The notes under the pieces are model-generated. The model had not been told where the DNA came from. It ran no database searches and saw only the letters and a list, made by a program, of their open reading frames with translations. Of a stretch of 64,000 bases of DNA, positions 54,511 to 64,000 are shown piece after piece (the first letter of the stretch is position 1; each line of letters opens with the position of its first letter). This DNA comes from a virus. Taxonomy: Duplodnaviria; Caudoviricetes. The position numbers and the translations under genes are program-made. The stretch lies in IMG/VR virus record IMGVR_UViG_2706795719_000001, positions 32,001-96,000 of that record. One strand, 5' to 3'.

Positions 54511-56247
54511 ATGGATAAAATAGAATTACTTCCACTGCCATTTGTTGACGGCCCAATTAAAGACCAAACACAGATAGAATGGATTTTAAACAAAAAAGAA
54601 TGTTTAACCGGTGCATCTAAATACGGTAAATCTGACGGGGTCCTTAACAGGGTCCCAGCTCAATTATATGAAAATATAAAAACTCTCCATGAAAACGATA
54701 CATTAATTAATGGACAAGTAAATGAATTAATCGATTCTGTTGACACTATTAATGAATCGTTAGAAATAGGAAATAATAAAGACTTAATAAAAACTATAAT
54801 AGAAACTAAAGATCGTGCTGATATTTTTGAAAGCGTTATACAAAGTAATTCTGACGATATATTTGAATTAGATGAAGATATTAAAGAATTGAAAGACGAA
54901 GTTGGAGTTCATAATCCAGTTGATACAGTAAAAAGAACCCTTCGTGATGATACGCTTTGGATTAAAAAAGAAATAGGTTCTTACCCTGGCCAAGACATAA
55001 ATGGTCAAACTTCGCAAGAATCTTTAGGTAGTGGCATGAAACGTCGTATTATAGATGTTGCTACACAAACCGTAGATAATACAAAAAGAATAGGTGTCCT
55101 AGAAAAAACATGGGCTGATTCCGATGTTGGTAGTTTAACCATAGAAGTTGGTAAATTAAGAGAAGAACTTGGAAAATCATCAGATCAAGAATATTTGTCT
55201 GTTTACAAAAGACTTTCTGTTATAGAGGACAATGTCGACAAAGGGTCTGAAGTTATAAGCGATATTATGACTAAAATAGGCCCAGGCAATGTATCTGAAA
55301 CCGTATCTATTAATACTCAAGAAATATCAAAATTGAACGAAGAAGTTCTAGGGACATCTGGATTAAAAACGAGAGTTTCTAGAATTGAATCTAAATTAGG
55401 CGACGAAACTAGCCCATTTACTATTTTATATGATATTAGTAAAAATAAAGAAGGGCTAAAAGACCTAAATACTATTGTTGGTGCCGATACAAGTTCAGGA
55501 TTACGTGGACAAGTTACATGGATCCAATCCCAAGTTGGATTAGGAGATGAACCACCTGCACCTGGTACAGTATTATCTAAAATAGATTTGTTGACTAACA
55601 GTACTAATGAACTTAGTATCGATGTTCAAAATTTACAGTCAGAGATAGGTAATAATAAAACCGGTATAAAAGGAACTGTTATTCAATTAGTCAAAGCTAT
55701 TGAAGGTACAGACCCTGAAGGATCGACTGTAAAAGAAATAGGTATCCAAAAAGCAACCGAAGACATGTATGAAGTATATGACAAAGGAATGCCTCTTCCA
55801 CCAGAAGATGGTAAAGCTTACATTTGTAGATATAAAACATGGACACCTATTCCAACTTCTTTGGGTGTATTTACGGCGAAGTATGCCAAAGCCTTAGAAG
55901 AAGGGTTAAATGATGTTGATATATCAGAAACTCTAATTAGTAAATTGTGTGAACTTACAGATGGTAAAGTATCAGTATTTGATAGTGGTCATTATGAAAT
56001 AGATTTTGAATCTCTTATTCCAAAAGAATTTAAAGATCGAAAAATAAAGTTTAGTATTTTTAAAAATGATGAAGTATTTTTTGAGACAAGCGATTTAATA
56101 TCAACAAATAATTCTAATGTTTTTAAAGAATCAACTATAGTTGAAATATCAGAAAATGATCAAATCCATGTAAAAGTGGAATCAACAGACTCTGATTTTT
56201 CTGAGATATCTTTTGGTATTAAATTACAAATTAAACCATTAATATAA
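54511..56247 (+). CDS. wac: Fibritin (whisker/collar) with C-terminal extension
   Basis: LPFVDGP, segmented coiled coil, foldon PPEDGKAYICRYKTW, plus about 130 further residues. Confidence 0.93.
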   Translation: MDKIELLPLPFVDGPIKDQTQIEWILNKKECLTGASKYGKSDGVLNRVPAQLYENIKTLHENDTLINGQVNELIDSVDTINESLEIGNNKDLIKTIIETKDRADIFESVIQSNSDDIFELDEDIKELKDEVGVHNPVDTVKRTLRDDTLWIKKEIGSYPGQDINGQTSQESLGSGMKRRIIDVATQTVDNTKRIGVLEKTWADSDVGSLTIEVGKLREELGKSSDQEYLSVYKRLSVIEDNVDKGSEVISDIMTKIGPGNVSETVSINTQEISKLNEEVLGTSGLKTRVSRIESKLGDETSPFTILYDISKNKEGLKDLNTIVGADTSSGLRGQVTWIQSQVGLGDEPPAPGTVLSKIDLLTNSTNELSIDVQNLQSEIGNNKTGIKGTVIQLVKAIEGTDPEGSTVKEIGIQKATEDMYEVYDKGMPLPPEDGKAYICRYKTWTPIPTSLGVFTAKYAKALEEGLNDVDISETLISKLCELTDGKVSVFDSGHYEIDFESLIPKEFKDRKIKFSIFKNDEVFFETSDLISTNNSNVFKESTIVEISENDQIHVKVESTDSDFSEISFGIKLQIKPLI

Positions 56248-56250
56248 TTT

Positions 56251-56272
56251 AAGGACCTTCGGGTCCTTTTTT
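56251..56272 (+). terminator. Rho-independent terminator
   Basis: AAGGACC-TTCG-GGTCC-TTTTTTT. Confidence 0.9.
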
Positions 56273-56283
56273 TGGTAGTAAAC

Positions 56284-57210
56284 ATGGCAGGATATAATGC
56301 GTATAACCCTAAAGAATTAAAAGATGTTATTTTAAGAAGATTAGGTGCACCTATTATTAATATAGAAGTAACAGAAGACCAGATTTATGATTGTATTCAA
56401 AGAGCCTTAGAACTTTATGGCGAATATCATTTTGATGGCCTTAATAAAACATACCAAACATTTTACGTTGGAGAAGACGAAACCTATACAAATGGTGTCT
56501 TTGATTTACACCCATCAGTTTTTGCTGTAACACAAATAGTTAGAACTAATGTAGGTTCAATTACATCTATGGATGGCAATGCAACATATCCGTGGTTTAC
56601 AGATTTTTTAATGGGTATGGCTGGTATTAATGGTGGCATGGGCTCTTCTTGTAATAAGTTTTATGGACCAAACGCATTTGGTGCTGATTTAGGATATTTT
56701 ACCCAATTAATGCAATATAGAAGCATGATGCAAGATATGTTGACCCCACTACCAGATTATTGGCAGAATTCAGATACCAATCAACTTAAAGTGATGGGTA
56801 ATTTTAAGCCCGGAGATATTATAATTTGTGAAGTTTACGTTAAATCATATATAGATGTTCCTGATAATATGGGCGCCACTTCTGGTTATGCCTGGGCTGG
56901 CGGATGTGAAGAAGAATCAAGTGTTTCTGATATATATGATAACCCATATAAAAAATTAACAGGCTATGTTGCTGGAGATGATTCTCAAGTCCATCAAGGT
57001 TCTTATAATAATAGATGGGTAAAAGATTATTCTACTACTTTAGTTAAAGAACTAAACGGACAAATTTTGGCTAAACATCAAGGAATGCAATTAGCAGGTG
57101 GTGTTACTGTAGACGGGATTAGATTAATAGAAGAAGCAAGAGAAGAAAAAAGAATTCTAAGAGAAGAATTAGAATTATTAGACGGGCCAGTAGGAATATT
57201 AATAGGATAA
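56284..57210 (+). CDS. 13: Neck protein gp13
   Basis: [18 protein letters not shown]. Confidence 0.97.
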   Translation: MAGYNAYNPKELKDVILRRLGAPIINIEVTEDQIYDCIQRALELYGEYHFDGLNKTYQTFYVGEDETYTNGVFDLHPSVFAVTQIVRTNVGSITSMDGNATYPWFTDFLMGMAGINGGMGSSCNKFYGPNAFGADLGYFTQLMQYRSMMQDMLTPLPDYWQNSDTNQLKVMGNFKPGDIIICEVYVKSYIDVPDNMGATSGYAWAGGCEEESSVSDIYDNPYKKLTGYVAGDDSQVHQGSYNNRWVKDYSTTLVKELNGQILAKHQGMQLAGGVTVDGIRLIEEAREEKRILREELELLDGPVGILIG

Positions 57211-57213
57211 CTT

Positions 57214-57957
57214 ATGTATGATAGCAGCTTATTTGCAAAATTAGAATCAAATGAAGGGTATCATAAAACAAATGAAACACAGATCCTCAATCCTTATGTT
57301 AACTTCATGAAACACGGTAATACCCAAGAACTTGCTGACGTTTTAGTTCAAGAAACAATACAAATGAGAGGGCTCGAATTATATTACATTCCAAGAGAAT
57401 ATGCAAATCTAGACCTTTTATTTGGCGAAGACCCAAATTCTAAATTCACAAAAGCTTGGAAATTTGCAGCATATTTAGATTCTTTTGAAGGTTATTCTGG
57501 TGATAATTCTTTTATATCTTCATTTGGGTATCAAGTTAATGACCAAGTAAAATTCATCATTAATCCATCTTTGTTTAAACATCAGGTTAATGGTAAAGAA
57601 CCTATTGAAGGTGACTTAATTTATTTTCCAATGGATAATTCGTTATTTGAAATAAATTGGGTAGAACCATATACTCCATTTTATCAAGTTGGTAAAAATG
57701 CTCAAAGACAGATTGTTGCAGAGAAATTTATTTATTCGGGTGAAGAGCTTAACCCAGAACTTCAAAAAAACCAAGGAATAGAAATAGACGAATTTAGCGT
57801 ATTAGATTTAGAACCCGTTAAGAATTTAGATGGTCTGGCTGATATAACATCTGATGAATATTCTGAAGTTAAACAAATTAATAAAGAAGCTAAAGAATTT
57901 GTACAACCATATTATGTTGGAAATGGACGTGGAACCCCTTTTGAAGACTTTGAATAA
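57214..57957 (+). CDS. 14: Neck protein gp14
   Basis: [28 protein letters not shown]. Confidence 0.97.
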   Translation: MYDSSLFAKLESNEGYHKTNETQILNPYVNFMKHGNTQELADVLVQETIQMRGLELYYIPREYANLDLLFGEDPNSKFTKAWKFAAYLDSFEGYSGDNSFISSFGYQVNDQVKFIINPSLFKHQVNGKEPIEGDLIYFPMDNSLFEINWVEPYTPFYQVGKNAQRQIVAEKFIYSGEELNPELQKNQGIEIDEFSVLDLEPVKNLDGLADITSDEYSEVKQINKEAKEFVQPYYVGNGRGTPFEDFE

Positions 57958-57960
57958 ATA
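57953..57960 (+). promoter_or_regulatory. Late promoter of gene 15
   Basis: AATAAATA upstream of GAGG RBS. Confidence 0.65.
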
Positions 57961-57979
57961 ATAATAAAGAGAGGTTAAA

Positions 57980-58813
57980 ATGTTTGGACATTGGTATAAC
58001 AGTTCATTAAGAAGATATATAGTATTAATGGGAGATTTGTTCTCCCATATTTCTGTTGCTAGAATGAGAGACAACAAAGTAAATTATATTAAAGTTCCTA
58101 TTACATATAAATCAAAAGAACGGTTTGTCCAAGTATTGAATAAATACACGAATCCTTCTTCTCAAGAAAATATCGCTAAAGTAGAAACAGTTCTACCACG
58201 CATGAATTTAAATCTTGTAGATATGATGTACAACTCAGGATATAAGACATCCCAGGCAAATAGAACCATGTCTAGAGACAATGGAATAAGGACATATTCA
58301 CAATATGCCCCTACGGCTTTTAAAATGATTTTTGAATTAGGGATATATACAAGAAATCAAGATGATATGTTCCAAATAGTGGAACAAATTCTCCCTTATT
58401 TTCAACCGCATTTCAACACCACAATAACTGAAATGCATACTAACCCTATTAAACAATTTGATAGAGATATAAGAATTGCATTCCAGAGTGTAGCTATAGA
58501 TGAAACACCTGATGGGGATGTTAATACAAGAAGACATATAGAATGGTCTATTATGTTTGAAGTTAATGGATGGATTTATCCACCAGTTGCAGATATTAAA
58601 GGAGAAATTAAGACGGTATATGTTAATTTCTTTAATGAGAAAGTTGAATTAACCCCTGAAGGTGAATTTGAAGACTTAGAAGAATTTGAATCTGTCGATC
58701 ACCAGGTTGTCCCTAAAGACGTCCAGGAAGCGGATTGGGATGGAGAAAGTATTACTACATATTCTAGAAATAAACCCATTCCTGTTGATCCTGATGCACC
58801 TAAACCGAGGTAA
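57980..58813 (+). CDS. 15: Tail sheath terminator gp15
   Basis: [30 protein letters not shown]. Confidence 0.97.
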   Translation: MFGHWYNSSLRRYIVLMGDLFSHISVARMRDNKVNYIKVPITYKSKERFVQVLNKYTNPSSQENIAKVETVLPRMNLNLVDMMYNSGYKTSQANRTMSRDNGIRTYSQYAPTAFKMIFELGIYTRNQDDMFQIVEQILPYFQPHFNTTITEMHTNPIKQFDRDIRIAFQSVAIDETPDGDVNTRRHIEWSIMFEVNGWIYPPVADIKGEIKTVYVNFFNEKVELTPEGEFEDLEEFESVDHQVVPKDVQEADWDGESITTYSRNKPIPVDPDAPKPR

Positions 58814-58815
58814 TT

Positions 58816-61064
<2,249 letters not shown>

Positions 61065-61066
<2 letters not shown>

Positions 61067-61072
61067 TAAATA
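61065..61072 (+). promoter_or_regulatory. Late promoter of gene 18
   Basis: AATAAATA upstream of GAGGA RBS. Confidence 0.65.
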
Positions 61073-61095
61073 ATATAAACAAATGAGGATAAATT

Positions 61096-63090
61096 ATGTC
61101 ATCTACATTACTTTCACCTGGAGTTGAATCTAGGGAAACTAGCGTACAATCTACGATTGTTAGAAACGCTACAGGAAGAGCGGCTCTTGCAGGTAAATTT
61201 GCATGGGGTCCGGCATTCCAAGTTGTACAAATTACAAATGAAGTCGAATTAGTAGACACTTTTGGTGGACCAAATAACGACACTGCTGATTATTTTATCA
61301 GTGCAATGAACTTTTTACAATACGGTAACGATTTACGTATTGTTCGAGCTGTTGATAAAGAAAATGCTAAAAATGCATCTCCTTTATTTGGACAAATTAA
61401 ATCTAAAATCGTTTCAGGTGGTTCTAACTATACTGTTGGTGATAAAGTTGTTGTAAAATATAACAATAAAATCATTGAAGAAGACGGTATTGTTACACAA
61501 GTTGCTAGTGATACTAAAAAAATTGAGAAGATTTTTATTCCATCAGCTAAAATTATTGCACATTCAAAAGCAATTGGCACATACCCACAATTAGGTGCAG
61601 GATGGACCGCCGAAGTTTCAAAAAGTACTTCTGGTGTTGCAGGTTCAATCACTTTAGATTCTATTATTGTTGATTCAGGTATTTTACTAACAGAATCTGA
61701 TTCTGCAAATAGTATTATTACTTCTGAAGAATATATGGAACAAATTAAAGCTTATTCATTACCTGCTATTGCCGCTATATACCCCGGTGAACGCGGTTCT
61801 AATATAGAAGTAGAGATTATTTCTAAAGAATCTTATGAAAAGAACACAACTTTAAATCAATACCCAGAAGGTGGCGAAAAACAAACTTCTGGTCCTTTAG
61901 TATTTCAATACGGGCCACAAAACGAAGACCAATACGGGATTATTGTCCGTGTTGATGGTGTTATCCAAGAATCAATGATTCTAAGCGTTAAACGTGGCGA
62001 TAAAGATGTTTATGGTTCTAATATCTTTATGGATGATTATTTCTCTAAAGGTTCAAGTAAATTCATTTACGCAAGTTCAATGAATTGGCCTAAAGGTTTT
62101 TCTGGATTTATTAAATTAGGTGGAGGCGTATCATCTAATAAAACGGTTTCTGCTGGTGATTTAATGCAAGCATGGGACCATTTTGCTGATCGTGAATCAT
62201 TACATGTTAATTTGCTGATTGCTGGGTCTTGTGCTGGTGAATCTGAAGAAATAGCTTCAACTGTTCAGAAACATGTTATTTCTATTGCAGATGAACGTCA
62301 AGATTGTTTAGCTTTAGTGTCGCCACCAAGAGAGTTAGTAGTTAACGTTCCTTTGGCCAAAGCTGTTTCTAATATAACATCATGGAGAAAAGGCAGAAAT
62401 TCTTCAGGCGAAGCCCTGGACAACAATATGAACGTTAATAGCACATATTTTGAGATTGACGGTAATTATAAATATCAATATGACAAGTATAATGATGTTA
62501 ATAGATGGGTCCCATTAGCAGCAGATATCGCTGGTCTGTGTGCAAGAACAGATTCTGTAGCACAACCATGGGCTTCACCAGCTGGATATAATCGTGGTCA
62601 AATCATGAATTGTATCAAACTTGCTATTGAGCCAAGACAATCTCATCGTGATGAATTATACCAATTAGGAATCAACCCTGTTGCAGGTTTTGCAGGTGGT
62701 GATGGATTTATTTTATTTGGTGATAAGACTGGAGCGTTATCTCCAACACCTTTTGATCATATTAACGTTCGTCGATTGTTTAATATGCTCAAGAAAAATA
62801 TTGGAGATTCTGCTAAATACAAGTTATTTGAAATAAACGATGACTTTACTCGTAAATCATTTAGAATGGAAGTTTCCCAGTATCTAAGTGGATTAAAATC
62901 TCTTGGTGCAATGTATGATTTCCGAGTTGTTTGTGATACTACAAATAATACACCTGCAGTAATCGATAGGGGTGAATTTGTAGCTTCTATATACATTAAA
63001 CCGGCAAGATCGATAAATTATATCACATTAAACTTCATTGCTACTAATACTGGCGCTGATTTTGATGAATTAATTGGACCTCAACAATAA
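61096..63090 (+). CDS. 18: Tail sheath gp18
   Basis: LLSPGVE, GKFAWGP, INVRRLF, KPARSINYI. Confidence 0.98.
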   Translation: MSSTLLSPGVESRETSVQSTIVRNATGRAALAGKFAWGPAFQVVQITNEVELVDTFGGPNNDTADYFISAMNFLQYGNDLRIVRAVDKENAKNASPLFGQIKSKIVSGGSNYTVGDKVVVKYNNKIIEEDGIVTQVASDTKKIEKIFIPSAKIIAHSKAIGTYPQLGAGWTAEVSKSTSGVAGSITLDSIIVDSGILLTESDSANSIITSEEYMEQIKAYSLPAIAAIYPGERGSNIEVEIISKESYEKNTTLNQYPEGGEKQTSGPLVFQYGPQNEDQYGIIVRVDGVIQESMILSVKRGDKDVYGSNIFMDDYFSKGSSKFIYASSMNWPKGFSGFIKLGGGVSSNKTVSAGDLMQAWDHFADRESLHVNLLIAGSCAGESEEIASTVQKHVISIADERQDCLALVSPPRELVVNVPLAKAVSNITSWRKGRNSSGEALDNNMNVNSTYFEIDGNYKYQYDKYNDVNRWVPLAADIAGLCARTDSVAQPWASPAGYNRGQIMNCIKLAIEPRQSHRDELYQLGINPVAGFAGGDGFILFGDKTGALSPTPFDHINVRRLFNMLKKNIGDSAKYKLFEINDDFTRKSFRMEVSQYLSGLKSLGAMYDFRVVCDTTNNTPAVIDRGEFVASIYIKPARSINYITLNFIATNTGADFDELIGPQQ

Positions 63091-63092
63091 TA

Positions 63093-63110
63093 AAGGCCGA
63101 AAGGCCTTTA
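63093..63110 (+). terminator. Hairpin between genes 18 and 19
   Basis: AAAGGCC-GAAA-GGCCTTT. Confidence 0.6.
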
Positions 63111-63126
63111 ATAAAAGGATTAAACA

Positions 63127-63618
63127 ATGAATCTTACAGATTTAACACGTGCCTTTGAATCAGGAGATTTCGCCCGTCCAAACTTGTTCGAGGTCGAAAT
63201 TCCTTTCTTAGGAAATAACTTTAAACTTAAATGTAAAGCCGCTACAATGCCACCAAGTATTGTAGAAAAAATTCCTGTTGGATATATGAACCGTAAATTA
63301 AACATTGCAGGTGATCGTACTTACGATGACTGGACTATTACGGTTTATAACGATGATGCACATTCAACAAGACAAAAATTGTTAGATTGGTCACATATGA
63401 CCCATGGACGTGGTGATGAGATTTCAGGCTCTTCACCTGCAGAATATAAGAAAACCGCATTGGTTCGTCAATTCCATCGTAACGGTAAAGATGTTACACA
63501 TGAAGAAACTGTTCAAGGAATTTGGCCTACTAACGTTGGTGAAGTCCAATTAGATTGGGATTCAAATAACGAAGTTGAAACATTTGAAGTAACATTCTCT
63601 GTTGACTGGACCGAATAA
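63127..63618 (+). CDS. 19: Tail tube gp19
   Basis: RAFESGDFARPNLFEV, LDWDSNNE. Confidence 0.98.
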   Translation: MNLTDLTRAFESGDFARPNLFEVEIPFLGNNFKLKCKAATMPPSIVEKIPVGYMNRKLNIAGDRTYDDWTITVYNDDAHSTRQKLLDWSHMTHGRGDEISGSSPAEYKKTALVRQFHRNGKDVTHEETVQGIWPTNVGEVQLDWDSNNEVETFEVTFSVDWTE

Positions 63619-63622
63619 TAAC

Positions 63623-63655
63623 GGGCCTACGGGCCCTTATTAATGGATATAAATA
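63623..63655 (+). terminator. Hairpin after gene 19 and late promoter of gene 20
   Basis: GGGCC-TACG-GGCCC-TT; TATAAATA at 63648-63655. Confidence 0.7.
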
Positions 63656-63675
63656 TTAGTAACAATGGAGATATT

Positions 63676-64000
63676 ATGTTTGAAACTTTAAAAATGTTTA
63701 GCCCTTGGGCTAAAGAAGACCAATCAACGTATAACCAAATAATTAATAATAACAACGATTCTATAACAGGTCCTAAATTTGATGACGGTGCTATAGAATA
63801 TGAATCTGATTCATCTTCATATAATGTTTTAATGCAGCAATTCTTCGGTTCTAATATAAGTCCAGAAGTTAAAAATACAACAGACCTAATTAAAACATAT
63901 AGAGCTTTAGTTAACATTCATGAAGTAGATAATGCTGTTTCGGAAATAGTTAATGACGCTATAGTTTTTGATGACGACGAAGAAGTTGTATCAATAAATT
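63676..64000 (+). CDS. 20: Portal protein gp20 (5' part)
   Basis: Manual: MFETLKMFSPWAKED...PKFDDGA...YRALVNIHEVDNAVSEIVNDAIVF. Confidence 0.95.
   Translation, partial: MFETLKMFSPWAKEDQSTYNQIINNNNDSITGPKFDDGAIEYESDSSSYNVLMQQFFGSNISPEVKNTTDLIKTYRALVNIHEVDNAVSEIVNDAIVFDDDEEVVSIN

Overview
AT-rich 64-kb segment of a lytic T4-like myophage (Straboviridae/Tevenvirinae). Gene content and composition are compatible with the Proteus-infecting T4-like group, but the host cannot be proven from sequence. The minus strand (1-39.5 kb) carries replication/recombination genes (62, 44, 45, rpbA, 46, 47, 55), the anaerobic RNR module (nrdH/G/D), endonuclease VII, nrdC and nrdC.11. It then runs through a long accessory region (imm, YbiI/TraR, rI, tk, vs, regB, denV, vs.6, an M15 peptidase endolysin in place of lysozyme e, nudE), a cluster of 8 tRNAs plus a truncated tRNA-Asn and two candidate structured RNAs, and 57B(acb1)/57A/1/3/2/4. 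The plus strand (39.5-64 kb) carries the virion module 53, 5, 6-12, wac, 13-19 and the start of portal 20. The most striking non-T4 feature is a 473-aa SF2 helicase-like gene beside gene 55. It is followed by AT-rich direct repeats and a GGAGC-GNA-GCTCC hairpin, and the same 57-bp unit and hairpin recur 31.5 kb away between genes 2 and 3: a candidate initiator-plus-iteron origin system or mobile element. Other oddities: a 688-aa protein replacing gp5.1/PAAR gp5.4, a passenger-less YadA anchor protein, a minimal ADP-ribosyltransferase, C1q-like tips on gp12 and Wac, and a frameshift in gene 10.
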